The notes below the pieces were generated by a model. The model did no database searches, was not told the DNA's origin, and was given only the letters and a program-made list of their open reading frames with translations. From Thermoplasmatota archaeon (lineage in GTDB: Archaea > Thermoplasmatota > E2 > DHVEG-1 > B18-G2): a stretch of DNA of 64,000 nt. The stretch covers positions 32,001 to 96,000 of the forward strand of contig JAPDJO010000029.1 in NCBI GenBank assembly GCA_029259115.1, in the 5' to 3' direction. Shown here piece by piece: positions 19,706 through 29,399 of this stretch (its first letter is position 1; each line of letters starts with the position of its first letter). A program made the translations under genes and the position numbers.

Positions 19706-20047
19706 ATGGATGATAATCTCTGCAGAGACATCATGAAACGGATATTAGATTTGAGAGATACAGATATCGCTGTCTACAGGGAACTTCTGAAGATTAAAAA
19801 AGCTAGAGTGAAGGATATATCAAAGATTATTGGAAGAGATAGGACGACTATTCAGAGATCTCTGAATAGACTGGTAAACGCCGGCCTTTGCTGTAAAGAA
19901 AAGAAGATTATGAAAAATGGAGGGTATTTCTATGTCTATCACTTGAAAGAATCAGAAGAAATAAAATCTATTTTGGAAAGTTGTCTAGATAACTGGTATT
20001 ATAAAATCAAGGAGAGACTTAAATTGGAAAATGAGATGTTAGTTTAA
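19706..20047 (+). CDS. TrmB-like winged HTH transcriptional regulator
   Basis: ARVKDISKIIGRDRTTIQRSLNRL HTH and GGYFYVY wing; four Cys residues. Confidence 0.85.
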   Translation: MDDNLCRDIMKRILDLRDTDIAVYRELLKIKKARVKDISKIIGRDRTTIQRSLNRLVNAGLCCKEKKIMKNGGYFYVYHLKESEEIKSILESCLDNWYYKIKERLKLENEMLV

Positions 20048-20143
20048 CAAACTCTTTATCCTTCTTTCGACAACGAAGCTCTTTGCTACCTCTTCTATCT
20101 CCTTTGCCTGTTCAGCGGTTGAAACCAAACCGACTATGAACAT
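20039..20143 (-). CDS. Putative small protein (34 aa), not in ORF track
   Basis: MFIVGLVSTAEQAKEIEEVAKSFVVERRIKSLLN*; GGAGGTG Shine-Dalgarno 8 nt upstream; TTTATAAA box further upstream. Confidence 0.55.
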   Translation of the reverse strand: MFIVGLVSTAEQAKEIEEVAKSFVVERRIKSLLN

Positions 20144-20205
20144 TTCTTTACCACCTCCAAGTAAAATTTTGTCTGAGAGTTTATAAATGAATTTTTGTAC
20201 AAATG

Positions 20206-20808
20206 TTATCGATTGAGCTCATCCAATCTGTCAATCATTGATGTAACCAAATTTATCAACTTTTCGATACTTGTCTCATCTTCTAAAATTGTATTGACCT
20301 TTATTTCTATCTCACCATTATCAAGGGAGATGATAGGGTATAGATGTTCTGCATCGATTATCTTCTCTTGGATTCGATAATCCAGCAAATCGCGAATCAT
20401 ATCTTGATTATTTCCTTTGATTACAAATCTGCTATCAAAATAGTCAGATCCTATCTCCACCTCTTTTTCCACTCCCACTTTCTTCAAAATATCAAACATT
20501 TTCCCCTCCTTGAAAATATACATTTCAAGATCTTGAGAGAAAGTTGTAGTTGCTGACACTATGGTTTGTGAGGGAGAGTATTTGCTGCCTAAATAAAAAC
20601 GTAGGGAAACGATTCTGTTTTTGTAATTAAACTTCAAAGATGGGAGTCTAAAGGAGGGTTTTGATACCTTCCCTCCTCTTTTGATTGCTATTGATTCTAG
20701 GATTTCTATAAGTTTTCTCCTTTTTCGTGGAAAAGTAACGATGTATACAACAATACCCACTACTAAAATTACGATCCACAGCAATACTAGGATTTCTGTG
20801 TAGTCCAT
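20206..20808 (-). CDS. Membrane-anchored hypothetical protein
   Basis: N-terminal TM segment followed by a soluble domain (FDSRFVIKG). Confidence 0.6.
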   Translation of the reverse strand: MDYTEILVLLWIVILVVGIVVYIVTFPRKRRKLIEILESIAIKRGGKVSKPSFRLPSLKFNYKNRIVSLRFYLGSKYSPSQTIVSATTTFSQDLEMYIFKEGKMFDILKKVGVEKEVEIGSDYFDSRFVIKGNNQDMIRDLLDYRIQEKIIDAEHLYPIISLDNGEIEIKVNTILEDETSIEKLINLVTSMIDRLDELNR

Positions 20809-20899
20809 ACCTCTAAATCGATTTTTTATTTGAAAAGTTTTGGAGTATGCAAAACCTTTTATTCTGAATCTCTATTCTGGGTTCGGGAGGTAGAGAGTT

Positions 20900-22342
20900 A
20901 TGACATCCATCCTTGATCTTGAGCCCAAAATAGTATGGAAGCATTTTGATGAGATCAGAAAAATACCCCGTTGCTCAAAACATGAAGAGAAAATTAGAGA
21001 ATACATCGTAAATTTTGCAAAACAGCACAACTTGGAATACCAGGTAGACAAAGCAGGGAATGTTGTTATAAGAAAGCCTGCTAGTCAAGGAATGGAAAAT
21101 AAGCCGATGGTTGTCCTCCAATCTCACATGGATATGGTTTGCGAGAAGAACAAAGATGTGGAGCATGATTTTTCCAAGGACCCAATAAAGGTCAAGATAG
21201 AAGGAGAGTGGGTAACAGCTGAAGGTACTACTCTGGGAGCTGATGATGGTATAGGCGTCGCAACGGCTTTAGCCATACTCGAAGATAAAAATCTAAAGCA
21301 CCCTCCGATAGAAGCATTGTTTACAGTAGATGAAGAAACTGGTCTAACAGGAGCGTTTGCTCTAGAAAAAGATTTTCTAAAGGGAAGGATAATGATAAAT
21401 CTGGATAGCGAAGATTTTGGTGTGATCTATGTTGGTTGTGCAGGAGGAGGAGATTCTACCCTAAAATTGTCTATAAAGAGGGAGAATATACCAACTGGTA
21501 TGAGAGTATTTGAAGTATCGGTAACTGGTCTCAGAGGAGGACATTCTGGCTGTGATATACACGAACAGAGGGGTAATGCTATAAAGATACTAGCCAGGAT
21601 TTTATGGAAAGTAAAAAAAGATATGGAGATCAGAATAATAGATATAACTGGTGGGGACAAACACAATGCCATTCCTAGAGAAGCAAAGGCTATTGTTGCT
21701 GTAAGTGATGAAGATAAATTCAGAGAGATTGTTGAGAGTGAAGCTAGAGATATACTAGAAGAGATCAAACCTGTAGATCCAGATATGAAAGTTGATATAA
21801 AGGGTTCTAAAGGAGAAAAAGCTCTCGACGTCGAATCTACAAACAAGGTTATAGATCTTCTATACGCCTTGCCTCACGGAGTACTTGCAATGAGTTATGA
21901 CATACCTGATCTAGTTGAAACCTCTACGAATCTAGCAAAGATAAGAGTGGAAGGAGATAAAGTAACGATAGTTATGAGTTCTAGGAGTTCAAGTAAAACA
22001 GAGTTGCAGGCTACCAGAGATAGAATAAGAGCAATAGCAACTTTGGCTGGAGCAGAAGTTGAGGAGGGATCAACATATCCAGGATGGAAACCAAATCTGC
22101 AATCAAAAATTCTTGCTATAGCAAAAGAGGTTTTCAAAGATCTATTTGGAAAGGATCCAGAGATAAAGGCAATACATGCAGGATTAGAGACAGGAGTCAT
22201 AGGTGAGAAATTCCCAGGAATGGACATGATATCGATAGGGCCTGATGTTAGAAATCCACACTCTCCAGACGAAAAGGTTCACATCGGCTCGGTAGAAAAA
22301 TTCTACAAGTATGTGACGAAAATACTGGAGAAAATAGAGTAA
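20900..22342 (+). CDS. pepD: Aminoacyl-histidine dipeptidase (M20C)
   Basis: LQSHMDMV, LGADDGIG, DEETGLTGA, GGHSG, IHAGLE and HSPDE motifs. Confidence 0.93.
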   Translation: MTSILDLEPKIVWKHFDEIRKIPRCSKHEEKIREYIVNFAKQHNLEYQVDKAGNVVIRKPASQGMENKPMVVLQSHMDMVCEKNKDVEHDFSKDPIKVKIEGEWVTAEGTTLGADDGIGVATALAILEDKNLKHPPIEALFTVDEETGLTGAFALEKDFLKGRIMINLDSEDFGVIYVGCAGGGDSTLKLSIKRENIPTGMRVFEVSVTGLRGGHSGCDIHEQRGNAIKILARILWKVKKDMEIRIIDITGGDKHNAIPREAKAIVAVSDEDKFREIVESEARDILEEIKPVDPDMKVDIKGSKGEKALDVESTNKVIDLLYALPHGVLAMSYDIPDLVETSTNLAKIRVEGDKVTIVMSSRSSSKTELQATRDRIRAIATLAGAEVEEGSTYPGWKPNLQSKILAIAKEVFKDLFGKDPEIKAIHAGLETGVIGEKFPGMDMISIGPDVRNPHSPDEKVHIGSVEKFYKYVTKILEKIE

Positions 22343-22387
22343 TTTGACAAAACATTTATATACTAGCTCTTACCTATAGATGGGTGT

Positions 22388-22579
22388 ATGGTTGAAGATG
22401 TAACTGTTAAGACGGATAATTTGCAAAAGTTATTTCTAGATGAGGTCACAATAGAAAACGAAGAAGATGAACTAGCCTTTTTCATGAATAGATTCAATCT
22501 TAACATCGAGAACCTAGAAGCCATGCCTGCACTAAAAGAGCATATCGAACCCCTTCTATCCAGGACAGAGGAAGAATAA
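22388..22579 (+). CDS. Small acidic hypothetical protein
   Basis: 63 aa ORF filling the gap between pepD and the aminotransferase; upstream TTTATATA box. Confidence 0.55.
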   Translation: MVEDVTVKTDNLQKLFLDEVTIENEEDELAFFMNRFNLNIENLEAMPALKEHIEPLLSRTEEE

Positions 22580-22630
22580 TCGAGAAATCCGAAAGCGATA
22601 TAAGCTATTGGCAGATACTTCTTACCAGGG

Positions 22631-23848
22631 GTGATCATGAATCTAGAGAGGCTATTTTCAAAAAGAACAAGGACAATGAGACCGTCAGAGATTAGAGAAT
22701 TGCTCAAATTAACACAACAACCAGATATCATATCGTTTGCTGGAGGATTACCTAATCCTAACGCATTTCCTATAAACGAACTTCAGGATGTCGTTAAAAA
22801 AGTTTTAGATAAGGATGGTAAGCTTGCTTTACAGTATGGTCCAACTGAAGGTATCAGAGCTTTAAGGAATACCCTCGCAAACAGATGTGCAAAAGATGGT
22901 ATAGATGCAACATCTGACAATATCTTGATAACGACAGGTTCTCAGCAGGGACTGGATGTTCTGGGTAGAATATTTTTGGATCCCGGGGATACGATAATAG
23001 TTGAGTTACCAACCTATTTGGGAGCGATAAATGCTTTTAGAGCATATGAAATAAACTTTGAAGGTATACCTTTAGATAAGGATGGGATGCAGGTCGATCT
23101 CTTAGAAGAGAAAATAAAAGAGTTGCAGAAGAAGGGCATTGTTCCAAAATTCATCTACGTTGTCCCAACTTTCCAGAACCCTGCAGGCGTAGTTATGCCA
23201 GAGAGTAGAAGGAAAAAACTAGTGGATATAGCAAATGATTATGATTTGATTGTTATAGAGGATGATCCCTATGGAAAGCTGATTTACGAAGGAGAGGCTG
23301 TAAAACCCATAAAAAGTTTTGATGATGAGGGAAGGGTCATATATCTATCCACTTTCTCCAAGATCCTTGCTCCTGGCTTCAGACTGGCGTGGATTGTTGC
23401 ATCTCAAGAGCTCATTAGAAAGTTGTCTGTAGGTAAACAAGCTTTGGATCTTTGCACAAATACATTTGCACAATTTATAGCTAACGAATTTATAGAAAGC
23501 GGTTATTTGGATTTGCATATTATGAGAATAATAGAAATGTATAGACCCAAAAGGGATAAGATGATTGAAGCTATAAAGAAATACTTCCCACCAGACACGA
23601 TATGTCATAAACCCAGAGGAGGAATGTTTGCCTGGGCGACTATCCCTGGAAATATAGACACAGAAGAAATGTTCCTAGATGCCATAAAAGAGAAGGTTGC
23701 GTATATACATGGAAAAGCGTTCTATGTTAATGGTGGAGGAGCAAACTCCATGAGGCTCAACTTTTCCTATTCATCCGAGGAACTGATAGAAGAGGGTATA
23801 AGGAGATTAGGGAGAGTCATAGAAAGAAAGTTGAAAGAATCGAAATGA
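22631..23848 (+). CDS. PLP-dependent aminotransferase class I/II
   Basis: ISFAGGLP, FQNPAG, EDDPY and STFSKILAPGFRL motifs. Confidence 0.93.
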   Translation: MIMNLERLFSKRTRTMRPSEIRELLKLTQQPDIISFAGGLPNPNAFPINELQDVVKKVLDKDGKLALQYGPTEGIRALRNTLANRCAKDGIDATSDNILITTGSQQGLDVLGRIFLDPGDTIIVELPTYLGAINAFRAYEINFEGIPLDKDGMQVDLLEEKIKELQKKGIVPKFIYVVPTFQNPAGVVMPESRRKKLVDIANDYDLIVIEDDPYGKLIYEGEAVKPIKSFDDEGRVIYLSTFSKILAPGFRLAWIVASQELIRKLSVGKQALDLCTNTFAQFIANEFIESGYLDLHIMRIIEMYRPKRDKMIEAIKKYFPPDTICHKPRGGMFAWATIPGNIDTEEMFLDAIKEKVAYIHGKAFYVNGGGANSMRLNFSYSSEELIEEGIRRLGRVIERKLKESK

Positions 23849-25395
23849 GATTATCATATTTCCTTCTGATGTTTATTTTGTTAATTCCGGCACTTTCAGG
23901 TTGTATAATAAATTTTAAGAAGGTTCACTGTGACATAATAAGCTATCATATAATAGACAATAACGGCAGACTAGGAGTGAAATTGTATTATAATTCTACA
24001 GACAACATTACATTCAAGTCCATGGATGCCTCTGGAAAAGAAATCGATAGACTATTTGTTACTCGAAGACTCGGTGAAGTTATCCTGAATCTGTCATCCT
24101 ATCACACAAATCCTCCCGATGGAATCTACAAAATACTGGCATATGATGTCTTTGGAAACAAAATAGAAGAATTTGGTATCAATATCGAAAGACCTTCTCT
24201 CAGCATTGAGAACGTAAATCTGACTTGGTGGAAGGAGGGAAAAGATTCTTACTCCATAGTTGAAATTAGAGTGTATGTAAAAAACAGCGGAGATATACCT
24301 ATATATATCGATAAGGTTTATGTCAAAATAGAAAATATCTCCCTAGACATAAAAACACTCGAAAATGTTGTACAACCTGGATATGGAAATGTGACTCTCT
24401 CTTTGTATGTTAATTCCCTGAAAGTAAAAGAATACAATCTCTCCCTAACCATGGTTGATCTGGATAACAACCCTCTAGCACAAGGAACTTTCTTAATTTC
24501 ACCAAATGTTGATCTGAAACAGGATCGCTTTTCTAAATCTTGGAGATTCGGAAAAAAGACATACTCCCTCACTGTACCTCTCCCTGAAGGACTTTACAAT
24601 TACTGCTCGTCATTTCCAAGACTGAATTTAGAGGACTACTCATTTTATGCCATAGATCCAAAAGTTCAAGGATTCGTAGACATGCTCGCAAGGAAACTGA
24701 AATCTATGTACAGAGGTAATGATATTATAGACTTTGTTGCATCGTTTGCTCAAAGTATAGAATATAGAAACGAAAGTGGAGAATACCCGAAATACCCTAT
24801 AGAACTGCTGCATGATAGATATGGGGATTGTGAAGATAAGGCAATACTAACCTCTTCTATTCTCTACAAGCTTGGTTACGATGTCTGCCTTATAAGGTTC
24901 GAAGATCATATGGCTGTCGGCGTATATCTGGGAGGTGATAGCTATCAAGGAAAAGTATATTACACCGATGACCAAGGAAAACAATACATCTATCTCGAGA
25001 CATCAAGTAAGGGCTGGAAGCTTGGGGAAGCTGATAAAGAGTATAGCCATGCAATGAATTATACGATTCATCATGTCACAGATAAGCCTATTCTTATACA
25101 GATGTGTAAACCTCCAGTTAGGCACCAGATAGGAAATAAAGACTATATAGATCTATCCTCCACAGTTATCAATATGGGAAATAAAGATGCCGATAATGTA
25201 AAGCTTAGAATCAAAGTAGAGGTATACGGCAGCGAGATAACTGTAGCTGAGAGTGATACGATTTATATAGGAGAAGGTAGAGGGGAAGATGTATACATAA
25301 AGTTTAACACTCCAAATCTCGAATTCTCCAAGATGTTTGTCGTTGTTATAAGCAATGGTAGAGAGGTTACAAGATCTTCTTTTGTGTTCCTATAG
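23845..25395 (+). CDS. Lipoprotein with transglutaminase-like domain and Ig/CARDB-like modules
   Basis: Lipobox LSGC; GDCEDKAIL, HMAVG and YLET motifs. Confidence 0.75.
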   Translation: MRLSYFLLMFILLIPALSGCIINFKKVHCDIISYHIIDNNGRLGVKLYYNSTDNITFKSMDASGKEIDRLFVTRRLGEVILNLSSYHTNPPDGIYKILAYDVFGNKIEEFGINIERPSLSIENVNLTWWKEGKDSYSIVEIRVYVKNSGDIPIYIDKVYVKIENISLDIKTLENVVQPGYGNVTLSLYVNSLKVKEYNLSLTMVDLDNNPLAQGTFLISPNVDLKQDRFSKSWRFGKKTYSLTVPLPEGLYNYCSSFPRLNLEDYSFYAIDPKVQGFVDMLARKLKSMYRGNDIIDFVASFAQSIEYRNESGEYPKYPIELLHDRYGDCEDKAILTSSILYKLGYDVCLIRFEDHMAVGVYLGGDSYQGKVYYTDDQGKQYIYLETSSKGWKLGEADKEYSHAMNYTIHHVTDKPILIQMCKPPVRHQIGNKDYIDLSSTVINMGNKDADNVKLRIKVEVYGSEITVAESDTIYIGEGRGEDVYIKFNTPNLEFSKMFVVVISNGREVTRSSFVFL

Positions 25396-25432
25396 AAAGT
25401 TTTAAAGCCTCTATCTTATAGATATATTCTAC

Positions 25433-25746
25433 GGCGCCAGGAGTAGGTGGGCGGCTGACGGTGAAGGGGTATACCCTTCGCTGAGGAAAGTCCCCCCTCA
25501 CTCTGGGCCGGGGTGCCGCGCAAGCGGCAGGGACGAGAGTCCCTACAGGAGGAACAGAAACGACACAGCCAGCGGGAAAGGCGATGATGGATTTGATCCT
25601 GAGGTCCCCGCTGGATTTGGTGAAACGGCCCCTGTCCCCGGAGCAAGCCCAAGCAGCGGGATCGGCTGCCCAGACCGCCCGCGGGTAGGGCGCATAGTAG
25701 AATGCCGCCTAAAACAGAAGGGGGCTTACGGCCTACACCTGGCGCC
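25433..25746 (+). ncRNA. rnpB: RNase P RNA (archaeal type A)
   Basis: GC-rich island with terminal GGCGCCAGG/CCTGGCGCC P1 helix; GAGGAAAGTCC and AACAGAA..GGCTTA conserved regions. Confidence 0.95.
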
Positions 25747-25787
25747 AATCAAAACATTAAATATTTTCTACACCCTCCGCTCTTGCT

Positions 25788-26642
25788 GTGACACTAAGTA
25801 AAAAGGGAAAAGGAATTTCCTCGCTTATTACAGCATCCCTACTCTGGGGAACATCATTTCCAGCAATAAAGATAGCTGTATCAAATGTAAACGAGCTTAC
25901 TTACACTTGGACAAGAGCTGGATTTGCTCTTATTTTTCTTTTGCCATATGTTATTGCTAACAGGAAGAAGATAGACAAAAAAGTAATGAAAGGCGGCATA
26001 CTCGCTGGTTCTACATATGCTATCGGGATATGGCTGCAAGGTTGGGGAACAAGATTTACCACTGCTTCGAATTCCGCATTTATAACAGGCTTATACATGG
26101 TTTTTGTTCATGCATACATCGCTATATTGGTTAGAAGATACAGCAAAAAGCTTTCCCTGTCTCTGATTTTGGCTCTGACAGGATTATATCTATTAACCAG
26201 ACCTGACATGCATCTAAATGTCGGAGATTTTCTAGTTCTGCTAAGCGCTTTCCTCTGGGCTGCAAACATCCTGATAATAGATAGATATGCTGACAAAGAC
26301 CCTCTTTTGATAACATTCTTTGAGATGATACCTTCTGTTTTCTTCCTTATGCCAGATATAAGTCTAAATGGCTTCCCAACCTTGAATATCGATCAGTTTG
26401 CTGTGTTGATGTATCTTGGATTTGTATGTAGTGATGGAGCAACAGTATTTCAGGTTTATGGGCAAAGATTTATAGAGCCTGCTGCTGCTTCTGTGATATA
26501 TCTTATAGAGCCGGTATCTGCCTCTCTATTTTCTTTTGCTCTTCTAGGAGAGGTTATGAATCCTTACCAGCTGTCTGGTGCTACATTTATACTCTCAGCA
26601 ATGGCTATAGCATCAACTGAAAAGATTATAGTAAAGGGTTAG
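25788..26642 (+). CDS. EamA/DMT family transporter
   Basis: LWGTSFPAIK, two EamA repeats and EPV motif; 10 TM segments. Confidence 0.9.
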   Translation: MTLSKKGKGISSLITASLLWGTSFPAIKIAVSNVNELTYTWTRAGFALIFLLPYVIANRKKIDKKVMKGGILAGSTYAIGIWLQGWGTRFTTASNSAFITGLYMVFVHAYIAILVRRYSKKLSLSLILALTGLYLLTRPDMHLNVGDFLVLLSAFLWAANILIIDRYADKDPLLITFFEMIPSVFFLMPDISLNGFPTLNIDQFAVLMYLGFVCSDGATVFQVYGQRFIEPAAASVIYLIEPVSASLFSFALLGEVMNPYQLSGATFILSAMAIASTEKIIVKG

Positions 26643-27007
26643 CATTTTAGTTATTTATCAATTTATATATTATCTGCTTTGCCTTCATTGGATTATAACC
26701 TTTATGGATCAGGTGAATATAGACAGCATCTAAGTAAAGGTCTCTCAGACATTTTTCTCGGTTGATCATCTACCCCACCTAATTCAATTTCTGATTTTAC
26801 AGCCTATAAAGAGTTGTTGTACAAGTGTTATCAAAATTGATAGAAAATTATTCTGGAATTTTGTTTTAATAAATTTATAAAATATATTTATATTATGCTT
26901 TATGGGGAGAAAAAGAGATCAATTTAAACTAGAAAAAACGCCAGACTCTCCCCACTCCTCCTATTTTATATTTAGAGGAAAAATTGGAATAAAATTAGAA
27001 AGGAGGA

Positions 27008-28642
27008 TTAGTCAAACTCTGTTTCCTCTCCTGGACCTTTCTCTGACCCTTTACCTTTTTCCTCTGTTCCCTTCGCAGCTATGATGTCATCGATTCTCAG
27101 TATCATTATCGCTGCCTCTGCTGCGGCCTTTACCTCTTGGGTGCTTACTCTGAGTGGTTCTATTACGTTATTCTTCATCATGTCAACGATGTCTCCATTC
27201 TCAACGTCTATCCCTGCATACTTCATTCCCTTCTTGTGAGCTGCTCTTACCTTGATCATCATATCTATTGGATCCAGACCTGCGTTCTCTGCTAGTGTTC
27301 TTGGAACTATCTCTATTGCATCAGCGAAAGCCTCAATAGCCATTTGCTCTCTTCCGCCTACCGTTGGAGCATACTCTCTGAGTTTTATTGCTATCTCTGT
27401 TGCAGCAGCGCCTCCGCCAGGCGTGATCTTGCCATCTTCAAGGGCAACCTTCACCACTGAAAGAGCATCATGCAATGCTCTCTCCAGCTCATCAACTATG
27501 TGCTCTGTACCTCCTCTTATCAGTATTGATACTGCCTTTGGATTCTTACAGTTCATCACAAAGGTCATTCTGTCATCGCCGATCTTTCTCTCCTCAACGA
27601 GTCCCGCCTTACCTAGATCCTTTGGAGTTAGATCGTCTAGATTTGAGACTATCTTTGCACCAGTAGCTTTAGCTAGTTTTTCCATGTCACTCTTCTTTGC
27701 TCTTCTTACTGCATATATTCCCTCCTTCGCTAGGAAGTGCTGAGCTATGTCATCTATACCCTTCTGACATATCAGAACATTTGCTCCTGCCTTCTTTACC
27801 TTCTCCACCATCTTTTTGAGCATCGCCTCCTCTTCATCTAGGAATCTCTGTAGCTGTGAAGGATCTGTAATCTGAATTCTGGCATCAACTTCTGTCTTTT
27901 TGACTTCAAATGGAGCATTTACTAGTGCGATCTTAGCGTTTTTCACTATCTTTGGCATTCCCTCATGTACTCTCTCCTTGTCTAGAATTATACCCTCTAT
28001 AACCTGCGTGTCGTTTATGCTTCCTCCCTGTTTCTTTGTTATCTGTATGTTATCAAGGTCGACCACAGTTCTCCCATCGATCTCCTCCGCAACCATTCTA
28101 ACGGCTTTGACCACTATGTCTGCAAGCATATCTTTTGCGGCGCTTGCTCCCTTGCTTGCCATAGCAGTTATTGCAATGTTTTTCAAGGTCTTAACGTCAT
28201 CTTTCTTGATCGGCTTTGCCATAGAGTTCAGGATCTCCACAGCCTTATCCGCTGCTATCTTGAAGCCTCTAGCAATTATCGTTGGATGTATGTTCTTTTC
28301 TAGAAGCTCTCCTGCAACTTTTAGAAGTTCTCCAGTCAGAACTACAGCTGTTGTTGTTCCGTCTCCGCACTCTTCATCTTGAGCTTTTGCTACTTCTACC
28401 ATCATCTTTGCTGCTGGATGCTCGACATCGATTTCCTTGAGAATGGTTGCACCATCGTTTGTTATTATAACGTCTCCCATACTGTCTACGAGCATCTTGT
28501 CCATTCCTTTTGGTCCGAGTGTTGATCTCACTGCATCGGCTATAGCTCTTGCTGCCATTATGTTGCTGTATTGTGCGCTCCTACCTCTCTCTCGCTTGGT
28601 TCCTTCTTTCAATACTATTATAGGCTGCTGTGTAGCCAACAT
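27008..28642 (-). CDS. ths: Thermosome (group II chaperonin) subunit
   Basis: [19 protein letters not shown] and GDGTTT motifs. Confidence 0.97.
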   Translation of the reverse strand: MLATQQPIIVLKEGTKRERGRSAQYSNIMAARAIADAVRSTLGPKGMDKMLVDSMGDVIITNDGATILKEIDVEHPAAKMMVEVAKAQDEECGDGTTTAVVLTGELLKVAGELLEKNIHPTIIARGFKIAADKAVEILNSMAKPIKKDDVKTLKNIAITAMASKGASAAKDMLADIVVKAVRMVAEEIDGRTVVDLDNIQITKKQGGSINDTQVIEGIILDKERVHEGMPKIVKNAKIALVNAPFEVKKTEVDARIQITDPSQLQRFLDEEEAMLKKMVEKVKKAGANVLICQKGIDDIAQHFLAKEGIYAVRRAKKSDMEKLAKATGAKIVSNLDDLTPKDLGKAGLVEERKIGDDRMTFVMNCKNPKAVSILIRGGTEHIVDELERALHDALSVVKVALEDGKITPGGGAAATEIAIKLREYAPTVGGREQMAIEAFADAIEIVPRTLAENAGLDPIDMMIKVRAAHKKGMKYAGIDVENGDIVDMMKNNVIEPLRVSTQEVKAAAEAAIMILRIDDIIAAKGTEEKGKGSEKGPGEETEFD

Positions 28643-28810
28643 CTTCCTCTACCTCCCTTAAATTATTACTCTACTTAGCCTGAAAGGCAAAACCAGTATA
28701 TCATCACTTCTATATAAAATTTACTGTTGAGTTCTTAATAGCTAGAACGGTCTAATTGTTTTACCAAAAACTAAAATAATCTGGATTCAATATGACTTAT
28801 AGGTGAGAGT

Positions 28811-29389
28811 GTGGAGATAGAGGCGCTTAGAGAGAAGGCAAGGAAACTCAAGGATAATGGTCTCACGGTATATGAAATAGCAGCTGAGATGAATATTGCT
28901 GAAGAGACGGTTGAATGGTTGCTGGGAAAAGAGGAAAAAGAGAGGAAAGGCAAAGACGTTAAAATAGGTTGGAGATCGATCGGGGTTTATCCTTACAGGA
29001 TAGGACTTATTGCAAGCTCTATGGCTGATATAATCCTAGAAGAAGCAGAAAATAGAGATTTGGATGTAGATACTATCGTTGGAATAGCCATAAACGGGAT
29101 ACCCTATGCTACACTTATAGCTGAAGAGCTAGGATTAGAGTTAGCAATATTCAGACCTCACACAGAAAAGGTCGGAGTATTTAGCTCAAACTATGCAAGT
29201 GTAAGAGATAAAAGCGTAGTGATAGTGGATGATGTCATAGGAAGTGGGAAAACTATGAGGAAAGCAATAACAGCAACCAAGAAAGAAGGAGGAAAACCTG
29301 TTTTGTGTATAACTCTTGTTAACAAAAGAGCTCAGAATGATGTGGATGGTGTTCCTTTAAGAGCCTTAATAAGAACTAGAGTGATATAA
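28811..29389 (+). CDS. gfcR: GfcR-like regulator (HTH + phosphoribosyltransferase domain)
   Basis: N-terminal HTH (GLTVYEIAAEMNI) plus VVIVDDVIGSG PRPP-binding motif. Confidence 0.75.
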   Translation: MEIEALREKARKLKDNGLTVYEIAAEMNIAEETVEWLLGKEEKERKGKDVKIGWRSIGVYPYRIGLIASSMADIILEEAENRDLDVDTIVGIAINGIPYATLIAEELGLELAIFRPHTEKVGVFSSNYASVRDKSVVIVDDVIGSGKTMRKAITATKKEGGKPVLCITLVNKRAQNDVDGVPLRALIRTRVI

Positions 29390-29399
29390 GGAGATATCT

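Noticed and set aside
25416-25748. 110-aa GC-rich ORF on the - strand
   Set aside because: It is the antisense of the RNase P RNA; the frame is open because of high GC content.
26643-27007. AT-rich 365-bp gap between convergent genes as a replication origin or ncRNA
   Set aside because: I could not identify ORB-like repeats, a stable GC-rich structure or an adjacent initiator gene.
27252-28661. Several long + strand ORFs opposite the thermosome gene, and similar shadows opposite valS, pepD and top6B
   Set aside because: Antisense shadow frames of well-supported genes, with no recognisable motifs.
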